Notes under the pieces: model-generated
What the model saw: only the letters and a program-made list of their open reading frames with translations
Databases searched by the model: none
Told to the model about the DNA's origin: nothing
Assembly (NCBI GenBank): GCA_040954595.2
Contig: CM082580.2
Span: forward strand, 8,782,390-8,846,389
Source of the DNA: Balanoglossus misakiensis
Taxonomy: Eukaryota > Animalia > Hemichordata
Reading direction: 5' to 3'
Length of the DNA: 64,000 nucleotides
Program-made: the position numbers and the translations under genes
Shown here: in pieces, positions 24,601 to 37,486 of the stretch
Position numbering within the stretch: the stretch's first letter is position 1
How the letters are laid out: every line of letters begins with the position of its first letter

Positions 24601-27600
24601 GGGTTGATACAAATATATATATGCCAGCAAAAGTGCATAATTTATACACATAATTTGCTAATCAATGGCCAGTTATATCAAAACCTTTACAACTGCCCGT
24701 AAAACTATTATCTGTGTTGACTGTAATATCCTGTTTACAGCTGGCATATTATGGGATGGGGTGTTCATTTAGTCCACAAACAGAAAGCCTCATTAAATTC
24801 GAAAACAGTAGATGTACATACACTATTTTATCATGAAACCAAATCTGAACAATGCCTTCTGGATGTCCTTGCTGTCCTCAAGACTATTAGAACCAGTTTT
24901 CGAGTCTGGTAAGACCATGCACATGTACAAACAGCATAGTTTCTGTCAAGTCGGCGGGCATGATCCCTGCTGATCTTTGTCAACCCGAGTCACAGTAATA
25001 GACTGCACACACACAGTCTGGGACATGTGTTCAGCATTACATGTAGATGTTAATGCAAACGAACCAGACACATGACACAGGCTATCACACTTTCAGTACT
25101 GTTTATGGAAATCAAAATAAAACTGGCTTCTGTTATGCATTGATAGACACAGTATTCTGAGTGCCACACCCGATAGCTATTGTTAAATTAAAAATACTGC
25201 ATCAAACATCTGTAGTTGCATAAAGGCTTTAATGCCAGGAATAGCCTAGTGATTACATGGATCTCTTTCTCTTTTCAAATATACATTTGTACTCAGAATT
25301 TGATGTGGTTTTGTGCATGATTAAAATCAGAGTTATGTCCTTAAGACTCGCCTATGTTGGACACCAAAAGGATGGTAGAAATCAATTATTCAGTTTAGAG
25401 AGATCTTCTGAACATGGTGATGTACAGGATCAAATAATGAGGAAAAATACATGTATAATGTTTAGACAGGTTTCAAATGGTGCAGTGCTTCTGTTGTTGT
25501 TGTTGAACAAGTCATTAAATCCATCACGACTCCTTGACTATGTCCCGGAGACTGGGAGATGGACCCTGTAAGGATTCTGTAATCTAAATTGACGCAAAAA
25601 ATGATCTCATTATATCGGTGGTTGCCAGAGTTACCAAGGTCCAACCTCTAATTTCTGTCAGTTGGGGGTGACCATTAATCCTGCTGTGTCTAAACAGCGC
25701 TGAAGATGTAGAAATGTCAGAAGCGGTTGCCATGGAGATTAATCCACATGGTTTCAACAGGAGGAGACAAACACAATAGTGGTTTCTGTGTTGGGTAATG
25801 GTGTCCTTGATTTCGTGTGAAAAATAAGTGCGGGTGTGGGAGTGGTAGTCAAAATATTACAGGGATAATCCTGCGTTATGTCTATGTTCAAATCTTAAGG
25901 TCACCTCCAGATTGCAGTAACGGTTTTTGATGGACATGTGTTCGTGCACGTCAAGACCAATCTACTAAAGATGTCAGAGTGGGCATTCTTTCCAAGACGT
26001 CCACAATCTAACCTTCGATATATACCCCCAGACAGTGAGTCAATATCTGATGTTGCAGTTTGCGTGACACCGCTGCTATGACAAAAATACATGTACTGCT
26101 CTCTTCAAGATTATTTTCATTGCGAGGATATGTACGTTTATGGTGAATTGCCTTCTTGTGTTGTGCATTTCGTGTGACAGAATTTACACAGCTGTTTCTG
26201 TACCGAGGTGGTAGGGTTCCAATCTTCCTGCCAACGGGCGAGAAAACTCTGGAATTTTAGGCCTGAAACCTAAGATAGATGTCCACCACTGCACAGTCTC
26301 ACTGCTGGAACACAGAAGCCGGAAACTTCATTACTGGTCGCAGCGAAATTAAACAAGATGATTACATTTTGCACCAAAGAAGCAAATTTGATACCGCTAC
26401 ATGTTATCAGCTCCCCACACTTTACTTGAATCAAATATGTCAACATCGATAATCTGAAAAAATACTGTATCATCAAGTAACCATCTCTGACTTGCCACGG
26501 TCCATTAAGCTCACATTCCGACAAAGCCCTATTTTTCATTTTACTCTATCTCCGCAGCCATTTATCAATCTGGGAGTCAACTTTCATTATCAAATTCATC
26601 TGCACTGGACATGTAAATAACCACAAACTATAACCTCAAAAAGGGAGCTTGTTTCGACAACCATGATGGCAGACTGATTAGCGTGTCAGTATCTGGTATA
26701 ATATAATGTATTCTTTCTTTATTTCCATGAGAAAAAATGAGAAGTATGAACAACTGTAATTATTTTCAAATACCAGTACTGGCTAACACTAGTAACAGAA
26801 ATTTAACCCTGTGGTGTCTATCAACAATTGGAGCATACATTACGTTTCACAGTAGCTAGTTATAAGCATTTACCATAACATAACTCATCTGACATCACTG
26901 ACCTCCTGTGCTATTTTTGCAGAAAGCAGAAATTGTTGAGGGTCACTGTGCATTGTCTGTGTGTACGTGAATAATAAAAAGAATCAATTTTGAGTACTTG
27001 CGGAAGTGACATTGGACTTGTATGGACCAACTGGAACAAATAAAGTTACTGTACAATAACATGATATCATACCAAACAAAAGTTCAATTGTTTTGACGGC
27101 CATAGTATGGTGTATGGTACCTTCAATCGATAAACAGTTTTAATGTTCAAAATTCAAAAATCAATAAATTCTTTTAAAATGAGTCACTGGGTTTTGATAA
27201 TTAAAACAACAAACCCCAAAGTTCATTTCAACAACATATTTTTGAATGATTTCAACAATGGAACAATACAGTTGAATCGCAAACTTTGTCATTGTTTTTG
27301 TTGTGATCTATTTGGCAAAGGACACTCACAAACAATACTGTGTACACAGTCATTGAAACCCAAATATACGATTATCCCACTACACTTTATATCCAACTCA
27401 ATCCATTTGTCAATAATTATGCTTTTTATAATTATGTCAAAGTATTTTGATTCAAACCAGTGAACACCCAGTGACTGATGCCTGTCTTGGCTGACCTCTG
27501 ACCTAGATCGACCAGAATGTGTGATGTCATCAAAAAGGGTGTACCAGTGTGCACACATGTACCTGCGGTACAGTGTACATATTTACTTATATTTTGAAGA

Positions 27601-30600
27601 GTGACTGTTTTCCCAGGGCAGAAAATGCAAACAGTCTGACTTCACTCTTTGTCACCTACAGTGCAGCTTAGGAATAGCTTTCCAACTGCACCAACACTGG
27701 GTCAGCTCTGTTTAAACACTGGGTCAACTCTGGGTTGGCACCCTATTGGCGCTCTAATTAGCACCTATTGGGCTTGTGTTTAACTGGGGTGTTCCAAAAC
27801 AATAGGGTGCGCCAAGGTGCTAACACTGAACAATGCCAAGTGCCAGGGCCAACAGATTCACACCTTTGTAACACTTGGAACACACAGGCTAACACTGTGT
27901 GCCAAAACAATAGGGTGCGCCAAGGTTTAACACCTTTGTAGCACATGCTAACACTGAACAATGCCAAGTGCCAGGGCCAACAGATTCACACCTTTGTAAC
28001 ACTTGGAACACACAGGCTAACACTGTGTTGGCTCATTATAAACACCGTGTCAGCAAGTTGTTAGCAAATTGGAAAGCTATTCCTAAGCTGCACTGTAGGT
28101 ACTTTGACGGTTGATACAATGTGAAATGTAGTCATCAAATATTGAATGGTACCTGGCACTACATGACTGGCGTCCTGTAAAGTATCATTTTATCAATATC
28201 AATCATTGTAATGTCAATTTGATGGCCAGTTTCTCCTCACAGTTTTTAGCCTACTCATTAAAAACAGCAGTTTTGTGGTGAAGTAAAAAGCCCAATAGTT
28301 ATTTTTTCACGATTTATGAAACGTGATTGTTTCGTAATTGTTTGTTCACTCCACTGCAGACAAAAGAATGATGTGGCCATTACAGAAATTCAAAGCCGCT
28401 CATAAATCAACCACAAAAATCATTATTGTTATCTTCTGTCACAGAACTCTATTGTATGCCTCCAGGTCATTGTCCTCCATACACAATTACATGTAAAATA
28501 AGGCAAAGAAGTACATCTGATTGGACTACGTGTAATTTTCAAATTTTCATTGAAAACTGACCATTTACAGACAGTGCTGATGAATATATTACGTCACTTG
28601 TTTTCATTGTTTGCTGGTTGCCAGCCAACTGTCTGATGAGAATGGCTTCTACAGACATTTACATTTTATGCAACATTTCCATTCATGTTTAAAAATACAT
28701 GATAAAATTGAAATTTAACCTCAAAACAAACTGAAAATTAGATAGCACAGTCACACATCAGCATGTGTGTTGGATTTTCAGAATAGTGATCTTTTATTTG
28801 CTTTATATGTACAGTATGTTTGCAAACATTCTATTTTTTCAAGTCACAAGTATTTTAATTAATTAACACAATTTAATTGGGCATTTTAATTCTGAACATA
28901 TTTCTCAAACTGTCAATTCAACAGCAAGGTTAGAATTTGGATAACAAATTTATTGTTGCTCCTCATTGTCAATACTGGATGAGTTTTCATTGTTCAGAAC
29001 GAACCTTCATCAAATGTTATTTCAGTAAAAATCAACCTCTGTGAACTATAGTGCAAACAGTAGGCCACTGTGTGTCTAAATATGGTAACTTTAGTCCTAA
29101 TAATGGAATATTTACATCAGAATTAAATAATAGGATTCTGAAAGATTAAAGTACTTGGAATTGATGTATCCTTGAACAAAACCGCAATGCATGCTGGGGG
29201 ATTGGCATCACCACAAATGTCCAAATGTGATAATCCGACTAAATTATCATTTTATTAGTATCAGATATGAGCGGCTTAGTGTTAAACAATTCAACCTCTG
29301 TGAGATTGTCCGACTTCCAGACATGAGAGGAATTCACAGATGTTGGCGATGAATTAAAAAAAAAAATTCTGGCATAAAATGCCAACAGATCCCACGACAA
29401 TGAATGAATTGCGGTCAGCAAACACCACACCCAGCCCACGCCAGCGATCAAGCATACGTCCAAATCTCAGGACAGATTCAAATCAGAGAATCCCCCAGGA
29501 ATCTCCCGAATCAGTCAACGAAATCTGTATCTATAGGCTTTTCTGATAACAAGGTTTGGGATGCATTCCTTCCAACATGTCACAAATGTGTCAACCACAG
29601 CCACAGAGATCTCCAAACCAAATAAACAAACCAGGAAAACCTCATTTCCCTGTGGCCTTGTTGAAGTTGGCAATGGGATAGGATTGAGGACATCCAGGAT
29701 ATTTTGTGGCAGATGGTGGTTGTCTGTACTGATTATTTTACATGTAAGTGGTTTAAGCAATGGAAGACAATTGGGAATAATGACACAAGGAATGTATATA
29801 TATAATATACCCAATAAAACTACAGCAGGGAACAAACAAGGTGAAATAAACGTGTTGAAATATACAAGCAGGGGTGGGGAAAAATGTAATGTTTTGAAAA
29901 TCACAGAATGACAGAAACAGGTCATGTGTACATTGTACACACACTGACTTTCTGCCACTATCAGCAATGCTTTATTTACGTAGAAAGTTAGAATACCATA
30001 CATGTCAGACAGTGGTACTGTTATCAAGGAGATAATTTTTTTTTAAACGACACAAGGATGTGAATGTTTGAACTCTTAATCATACCAGAAGGCTATTCAT
30101 TTTATAAACACCCGCGCATAATGAGCCTCCGAGTGACATTGGGCAAATTGATTTGCCGTAACTGGTATTGATCTGTGGTCAAACTCAAGGGCGATGTGAT
30201 TTGACTCGGGTCTACAGAACAAATTTGTTCTGGTAAATGCCCTGCTTTTGGGAGTTCAATGGAAGTCTTTGTCATGCACTGCAACACGTGCATGTGTCTA
30301 ACTGTCACACAGAGGTGCATTGTATGTCAGCATGATTCATGAGCATGTCGCTTACATTTAGCGTGTGTGTGTACGGTTCGACCATGTACCCGTGCACAGA
30401 TGCGTTGAAAGAGTCAGTTAGGTAATACATGATGAAAGGAAGGTGTCGTTTCTCTGTGCGGAACACAACCTTTGATGTATGGTTGCTATTATTTAGAAAG
30501 TGTAACAGTTCGCTAACAATACAGTCTGTCAGGGAAACGATCTGAAATAGTTCCTTTCCTGTGTGTTACATGTACTTCTGATATCGGTTTATTTCTGGCC

Positions 30601-32925
30601 TGAAAGGATGCAAATTTTCAGGACAGTGATCAGGGCAAAAAGCTTATGTTACATAAAACAATATCAAATGGAGTAATTTATGAAAACCACAAGTGGGGAC
30701 CAAATAAAACTTGATAAAGTGACATAACTGCTTTCCCCTCAAGGTTGTATTTTCTGGAATTTCCAGAGATGTTTTTGCCGCAACGACTTTAACATATTCA
30801 GTACAACACACACAGACTTTGATATTTTCAGTACACACTCATTATGCATGCCCCTACCTCTCTCCTATTCTGAAAAAACTAATGACATGCATACCTGTGC
30901 CAACACTGGCTGGCCGACACAATGGAGAGTTTTTAATGCGAGGAATGTCGGGTCATTAATGGCAAAACACCCCCTTATCAATGATACTTATTCAGCAACA
31001 GGGCCCAGACGCCCCGTCGCAGCCCTATCAATATCGGACCCCCTTCTCAACAATACAGTATATTTATTGTTTGGCTGCTGACCTGTTGGGTGTACCGCTA
31101 TCGACTCGAGGTGAACTGCAGAAAGCCTGGCACAGAGTATCACTTGTGTATCGTTCTCTATGTTGTATCATGCTACATGTGTACACGTATGTGACAACAT
31201 ATATCTCTCTTGCTAGTCCTGCTGTGCGTAATGCGAAGCCCCGAAACCAATTTTTTTAACTTTCGGATGCCTTTACACTCTGACACGAAAACGTGCTTCC
31301 CTTTGCGCTCTGGTTTCACTGCGCTGTGGTTTTGGTAATCTGCCATCGGAAAATAACTGGCTACTGTTTTAGTATGTGTGAACGAGGCATTGGTGTCTCT
31401 CAAGAGAAAGGCAGTCTGGTTCTAATGTTATGTGAAAGGGCTACGGATCCAGACAGCTTTCTGTACAATTATGTCCCTGGTTGTCTGACTTCTGACCTTC
31501 TTTTGATCATGGAGGTGGCACTCCCATCCCCATGTTTTGATCTACGCCGGTATTTATCTGGTAAATAATTTCCTAACTAATAAATATGATGCTTGTGTAG
31601 CTTGAGTTGAAATGTACCAAAATGGAATCTATTGGCTCACGTACACAGTTGGCATTGCATGAAGACTTTTTCTAGACTGTTTACGTTTTATCTTAAGCAA
31701 TTACAAATCACTCTAATGCTTTAATCTGATTTGCTCTGGGATCCCACCTGGTATGTAACCAACTCATGCACAACTTTGACAAAATGCTGGAGTTGAACAG
31801 ATATATTTGAGGCTCGGCAACAAAATCAATCTGAGCAGGGTTTCTAAGATTCACAATCACACACTTCCATACCAGTTCACTATTACCAGAAAATTAGTGA
31901 CTGACCCAGGTTGGACATAAGAAACTGCGGAACTACTGAAATGAAATGTTTGTTACAGTGGTGTCAAGTTGCATCTTCAATTTCACGCTCAGCAAGTTGG
32001 AGGTGTTTACTGGGTATCGATGTGCATACGCCAATGTTGTGATATTTTGGCAGAGAGCGTGGTGCTCGCATAAACAGATTGACTTGGTGAGAGTTTGGTG
32101 GGCACCAGTGACTCGTGGAAATGCTAACTGGCTGAATAAAATACGATCTGTCGATGAAGTGCACATTGAAAAGAGCGGTCATCCGTGGGGACGTCATTGT
32201 TCAACCCTTGTAGGTTTCAAACCCCGGCCGGCTTGGTTTGAACGTTGGGCAACTGCTGTCTCCTACAACGTTTCCTCATCATCGCGCGATGATAATTTAA
32301 GGCTAGTGCAGTGTGAAGTTCCAGCGACATAAACTTCCAGACTCGACAGACATTCATTTACAAGTTTACACCCAGGTTTCACAGCAGGGAACTCTTATCG
32401 ATTGACCCCAACTCTAATCGTAATCCTGCACAGGACACTAGACTAGAGCGATAACATCTTGACGTCTGTACCTAGCTGAATCAATGGGCATTCAGGGTTA
32501 GTTCATATAGCAGCAGTAAATCTGGCAGAATAATCACAAGAAAACCTCTTTCAACCGACAGTGATTAAAGGCACGAATTTTACCGTGTACCGTACTTGTT
32601 ATTTTCACACCCTCTTCACAGCAGAGTCCACTGACGTTTGTGTACAACGGATTCAAAAAGACCGTTCCTCACCTATGAAACTGCAATCATCATTTTCATA
32701 TGTGAGAAGCGTTTGCTGAAATCCGAGACTGAAAAAAATGGTTGCTTTACTTACTGGGACTTCAAACGTCTGATCGGTGCCATCTAGGAACATGACGCGA
32801 CAAAGGAGGACATTTTTCTTCGGTTTGCTGGGAGGTACCCGAACTTCGGTCCCATGGCTCTCATGAGCTTTCCGACGACTTCGTGATGGACGACGGCGAA
32901 ATGAATTCCGTAGAAAACGCAACAT
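5089..32925 (-). CDS. EPB41L5: Band 4.1-like protein 5 / Yurt orthologue (FERM + FA domain, long low-complexity tail, C-terminal PDZ-binding motif); ~1264 aa if all exons are included
   Basis: Phase-consistent GT-AG exons: 32755-32925, 22841-22945, 20897-20939, 18868-18946, 18514-18611, 18233-18353, 17985-18072, 17716-17874, 16570-16739, 15900-16021, 15650-15689, 15098-15492, 13673-13988, 10107-10467, 9781-9849, 9352-9408, 8972-9037, 7862-8719, 7500-7559, 7090-7155, 6883-6939, 6635-6700, 5937-5993, 5089-5259 (sum 3795 nt). Peptides typical of EPB41L5/EPB41L4B: [104 protein letters not shown]; C-terminus LMTTEL*. FERM exons are high confidence; tail exons may be alternatively used. Confidence 0.9.
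7862..8719 (-). repeat. Coding minisatellite inside an 858-nt EPB41L5 exon (12/24-nt VTSP-type units, higher-order 72-nt and 84-nt periods)
   Basis: GGAGTTGTGACCAGACTCTCCACTGGACT recurs at 8139, 8223, 8295, 8367 (periods 84, 72, 72); translates as ([24 protein letters not shown])x3 and ([28 protein letters not shown])x2; exon bounded by ggtttcag| and CAA|GTATGT. Confidence 0.9.
11323..11504. mobile_element. Short MITE-like element with 15-bp terminal inverted repeats
   Basis: TAGCTGGATATCTCA (11323-11337) and its exact reverse complement TGAGATATCCAGCTA (11490-11504), TA at both outer ends, non-coding ~150-bp interior. Confidence 0.5.
18613..18652. repeat. (TG)n(AG)n microsatellite forming the polypyrimidine tract of EPB41L5 exon 18514-18611
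   Basis: tgtgtgtgtgtg followed by ~15 GA units, directly abutting the acceptor. Confidence 0.9.
20301..20309 (-). CDS. EPB41L5: Candidate 9-nt cassette microexon of EPB41L5 (FERM F1 lobe)
   Basis: gacag|TGAGTGTTG|gtaagt; phase 1-1, frame-preserving; preceded by ~115 nt with no AG, pyrimidine-rich, with a TGC close to the acceptor. Confidence 0.6.
27654..28100. mobile_element. Non-autonomous DNA transposon (MITE), Tc1/mariner-like TA|CAGTG...CACTG|TA termini, in EPB41L5 intron 1
   Basis: Perfect 32-bp inverted repeat ACCTACAGTGCAGCTTAGGAATAGCTTTCCAA (27654-27685) / TTGGAAAGCTATTCCTAAGCTGCACTGTAGGT (28069-28100); no transposase ORF. Confidence 0.8.
27794..28028. repeat. Internal tandem duplication (~107 bp x2) within the MITE
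   Basis: CCAAAACAATAGGGTGCGCCAAGG...CACACAGGCTAACACTGTGT at 27794-27900 and 27902-28028; second copy has a ~20-nt insertion. Confidence 0.9.
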
Positions 32926-33079
32926 CGCGACAGTTTAGTCCTGTGGATATCACATCGAGACCGCCAACAGATATCCTGGATACTTGTAGTAGTGTCTGAT
33001 CTTCGTCTGTTACTGAAAAGATGACGTAAAACTTGTAAGTTTTGGGAGAGACTCGGTGCTCCAACACACTTGACCACCC

Positions 33080-33240
33080 TCGCAGCTGTGATGATGCAGT
33101 ACGCAGGCGCGGTTGTTTTAGAACAACTCGTACATTTGCATGTGACGTCATAGGGGTGACCCGTGGAATCTCCAAAATGGCGGCGTCCTAGAGAAGTACA
33201 CGTTTCCTAAAGATTAATCGTTGTTTTCGGTAAAAGGTAG
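33080..33240. promoter_or_regulatory. Probable bidirectional promoter of EPB41L5 (minus) and TMEM177 (plus)
   Basis: CpG-rich patch between head-to-head genes; perfect CRE TGACGTCA (33143-33150); YY1 consensus CAAAATGGCGGC (33173-33184, plus); plus-strand donor AAG|GTAGGA at 33236/33237 that can join the acceptor ttttttaatttccag| at 34612/34613 ahead of the TMEM177 ATG. Confidence 0.6.
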
Positions 33241-34673
33241 GACATTCTTTCTAAATTTCGAGCACAAGCGTTCATTACTTAGCTGAACTGTAGCATACGT
33301 CACACAGACTGTGTCAAACAAACCAACATGAAGTTGAACACATTTTTGCGTGAGTCAGAGACGTGATTTTCAAATTGGTGACCTCAACACTGACCTCAGC
33401 CTGACCTCAATAAGTTCATTCTAAAACCAGACCCATCTTCTCAGTTCCCCGCCTTTGACTATCTTCCTAAATCTGCCATTTGTTTAGAATTCTGGTACTA
33501 ACTGCTTTCCCTGAGGCTGAAGAACAATTTTGAATTCCCTTTTTTCTCAACAAAATCACACTTTTTTGTACTTTTTTTTCTATAGTCTGTGAGTGTGAGT
33601 TAACTGCTGAGCAATCATAGCAGATACTGACACTTCCTGTACTAAAAGACAAGATTTATTGATGTCACTGGTTCATCCTGTTTTTGAGAAATTTGGTAGT
33701 CAAGTTATCAGTGAAACACCTGCCATCATTCTGGAAATTGTTTCTGGAAACTGTTGGAAATTACCAACTTGGAAATCAAGGAGTTTGCTGATATTTTGCT
33801 GCAGTCCTTACAGCACCATACAAAGCTGTACAGGGTATAGTCTTGGAGAGGTAACCAAAAATAATTAAACCCAACGCTGGATAGTTTGTAGACAGTGGGT
33901 GGGGGAGCGTGTTAAACTGCTTCCTCACTGTAAATGGACAGTAGCTGGGCTGATAGTGATAGTGTAAACCGCTGCATCTGTAAGACATTCATAGCCACCT
34001 CCAACTCTGAATCACCTCGCCTGTTTTCATGGTCTTCTGAAAAGCTAGGCAGTATTAAAAGCCTGGATGTTGTTACATACCAGATGGAAATCATCATCTG
34101 TGTTGATGGAAAGAGAAAAATATACAGCTTAGTCATTGAGTGAGAGCTGTTGAATTAAAAGTGCCTCTGTCCATCGCAGCAGAGAGCGACTGTGTAATCA
34201 TCCCTGGAAGGAGACTTTATCTGATAAACAAGAACTTGCAGAAACAGTCTGAAGTGAACTGAGCGGGGATTTCAGTAATAGCCTGGCAGGATTGTGTTCC
34301 TCCCAGAGTTTAATAATGGCCAAGCTTAATCACCCACATTGCTGAAATAGCTGGGCTGGGGCCAAGGGTCGCAACCTGATACCAGCGCCCTGATGCGTTG
34401 TGATTTCAGGAGAAAGTGTCCCAGTGGAGTATGCGAACACTTATGGAACCACTTGACAGATCTGCGTGAGATGCTCTTTATCTTGAGGGTCTTTCCGGAA
34501 CCGTTGATGCAAACGGCTGGAATTTCACGCCAGTAATCATAATGTGATCACATATTGTGGTGCGTTGGTTTAACTTATAATATTAATAAAATATTTTTTT
34601 TTTAATTTCCAGAACTTAACTTTCTACGACTACATTGTGTGGACTAGTAGGATCTGGTTGCAGTTATTCAAAA

Positions 34674-35579
34674 ATGTTGTCCAGGCTCTTGAAACCAAGG
34701 AATGTCCGCATAATTGTCGGGGTGGCTGCAGGTAGTGTGTTTTGTGTCAACGCAGTTCCCTTGCTTTTCCCGGAGCAGACGACCGGCCGTCTCTTCCACA
34801 GTTACAAAGACGGGAATAGGAGCCCTCTATCGGCACAGTGTAGAAAGGAATTTGAGCAAGTGTGTGCCGACCTCGGAGTGAAAAACGCGAAGAAGTACCA
34901 CGTCTTCTGTGCATTCGGCACAATGATTCATACGGCCGGGTTGCCGTGGTTGCCGAACGGCGTCTGTTTTGGCATCCCCGACTCCTTCGAAATGCGGACA
35001 ATCGAAGAAATAACTCGCGAAATGACAATAGTCGGGAACAAAGTCGACTGGAGATCGGACGACGGCCGAGCTCTGGCGAACTCTCTGCTGCTCAGCGAGA
35101 GCGCCAAGAAATTCTACATCGCCAGGCAGCTGGCGGAGGTGAAGACGAGCACGGCGCTCGTGCCGACTGTCGCGGGCCCGTCCCTCATCCTGGCCGCTCA
35201 CTTCGGCAGCCAAGTCATGAAGTACGCCTTCGTGCAAATCCACCCCGGCTTCCTGACCCTCAGCGTGGCGGCGGTCTGCGGGCTGGCGTACCTCGGAGTG
35301 GCGGGATTCGTCAACAACCTCGTGGAGGAGGCCGCGGACAGGAGAGTGGCGCGACTGAGCGCCGAGTACGCCAGGGGAGGGGTGGAGTTCTATACCAAGC
35401 TGCTGAGGAAGAACAAACAGCTGAGAAAGTTCATGGGCCGCAAGGGAGAGCGGCTGTATTCCTACTACGGCAACGAGAACCTGAGCGCCCTGAGCTTCAG
35501 ACACGTCATCACGGACAGGCGAAGGGTTGTCGGAGAGATACACGAACAGATGAGTCATCTACAAGGCAGTGAACATTAA
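34674..35579 (+). CDS. TMEM177: Transmembrane protein 177 (mitochondrial inner membrane, COX2 biogenesis), 301 aa, single coding exon
   Basis: Uninterrupted GC-rich ORF; motifs matching TMEM177 from memory: AGLPWLPNGVCFGIP, VDWRSDDGRALANSLLLSESAKKFYIARQL, ADRRVARLSAEYARGGVEFYTKLL, GERLYSYYGN; first ATG at 34674 after acceptor at 34612; AATAAA at 35658-35663. Confidence 0.9.
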   Translation: MLSRLLKPRNVRIIVGVAAGSVFCVNAVPLLFPEQTTGRLFHSYKDGNRSPLSAQCRKEFEQVCADLGVKNAKKYHVFCAFGTMIHTAGLPWLPNGVCFGIPDSFEMRTIEEITREMTIVGNKVDWRSDDGRALANSLLLSESAKKFYIARQLAEVKTSTALVPTVAGPSLILAAHFGSQVMKYAFVQIHPGFLTLSVAAVCGLAYLGVAGFVNNLVEEAADRRVARLSAEYARGGVEFYTKLLRKNKQLRKFMGRKGERLYSYYGNENLSALSFRHVITDRRRVVGEIHEQMSHLQGSEH

Positions 35580-37486
35580 AACATCTCAAAACAACTGAAA
35601 TATGTAAAAAACCACAAGTGTCGTCAAACATACAAATATATATTTTTTGCACGTGAAAATAAAAAATATATATCTTCGCAGAACACCAAAATTTGGATAC
35701 AGGGTAGACAAATACCTGGTAAATTTTGATTTCATGGGAAATGGGGATAGAATCTTTATCAAATGAACACTCACAAAGGTACAGAAAAAGAAAGAAAAAT
35801 TTGCTTTTATTTGTCATTAGCATTTTGTACAATTGATAGAGTAAGTCTCTCCAAGATGTCCAGACTCTGTCCCGTATTAAAAATAGCTTTTCCTCTTGTA
35901 ACGAGCAGACAGCGTCAAAGTTATATCAAAGCCTAACAACCACACCTATGTTGGCAGTAAAATGTATGAAAACGATAATAACGACAATAAAATTCATACA
36001 AAAGGAACATGAGAAAGATACAAAACAGTTAAGGGTTGATGCCGTGTAGTTTAGAAAAAAAAATAATTACCGGTATTTTAAAAAGTGCTATTGGAAACTT
36101 TTGACAAGGATTTTAAATAAAATTCTTTGTAGTAATTGATTTTCCCTACTGTAAAGATTGACAATAAAAGCTGACGTTGAAAACGTAGGTATGAAATTTG
36201 GGATTTGTAAATAATGCTGATAACAGCCTTTATCAAAAGAATACTAAACTATCGTCTCCAGAGGGCCTTTATCAGATACATACATCTGGCAGCTTCAGGG
36301 ACATACAGACACACATCCAGGCCTGATTTTGTTCACTATACAACCTGGACTGCATACAGGGATTTAGGCCGTGCAGAACTTGCACGATTTTTGAGATTCA
36401 AAACATTTTTTTTCAAAGCACGGAAATTGAAGATCAAAGACGCACATGCACAGGCACACACAAGTAGGGGGGGGGGGATCAAACCCTTTAAAAACATTCT
36501 TCTGTGGGGGTAAAGGTTCGTTACTGACAACAGAACTGAAAAGATAAGAAAGTGTGTGAATTCCCCAACCTTACACTAACCTCAACTGTGTGACTTGGTC
36601 TCTGTTCACACAAAAAACTTACTACATATTATTGAGGGTTTTTTCTTAAAATAGAAAAAAGCAATATTGCTAAAAAAATTCATACATATCACATATTTGG
36701 TGAAATCAAGTCGGATCTGGTCAAAGTTCATTTCTTCAAAAATTTTAATGGCCGCCATCAGAACTGAATGTGTGTTGCTCTCTGTGCAAATTGTGCAATT
36801 CGGTGTTTGAAGTGTGATATAAATCTTAAATAGCTGCAAAATGAAACTACCATATTCAATGATTCCATTACAGTTCACTGATTAATCCTAAAAGACTGGG
36901 GAAGGATGCTTGTGGCAGTGAAGTTGAATTTAAGATTTTTGCAATTCTGATGTAAAAAAAACTTCATTATTTTTTTTTTGGTGAGGAAAACTTGACCTGC
37001 TTTCAATATTGCCATAGCGATTTAAATATAACAAAAGACACCACTGGCATTCCATGAACCCTGCTCCACCCCCTATACACTAACAAATGGAATGCTCCAT
37101 TTTATTCCATGGTACTTGGGTCACTCCATTCTACAGGTCTGGGGGAAAAAGGCATCTGGTTCTTAACTTAGAAGTAAGATTGCAAAAAAAAAAGTAATCA
37201 ATTTGTAATACAAAAATACAAACATCTTGCAAACATTTACAAAAGGTTAGATGGACAGAAATTAGCATGAAACAAGATTAATCAGCTAGCATCATCGCAG
37301 CACAGCATTTTCTTAAACATTTAGTTCATTTAATTACACTTGACGAATTAATAGATTAAACATGAGCTTTATACTGAGGAACCTACCCACTTGTCGTTGC
37401 TAATAGTCATTTGGAGCAACCTGACAAATGACCTCAGAGTTCACATGTCAAAGGTCAGGGAAACGAGCACCTTTTGCTGCTAATGT

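Noticed and set aside
23000-32700. Numerous 60-170 aa ORFs in EPB41L5 intron 1 (and similarly in PTPN4 intron 55000-62900)
   Set aside because: Lengths and composition are as expected by chance in intronic DNA; no domain, transposase or reverse transcriptase motifs recognised.
34747-35572. Long alternative-frame and antisense ORFs (34827-35558 minus, 34862-35572 plus, 34747-35028 minus)
   Set aside because: By-products of the GC-rich codon usage of TMEM177; no recognisable protein features.
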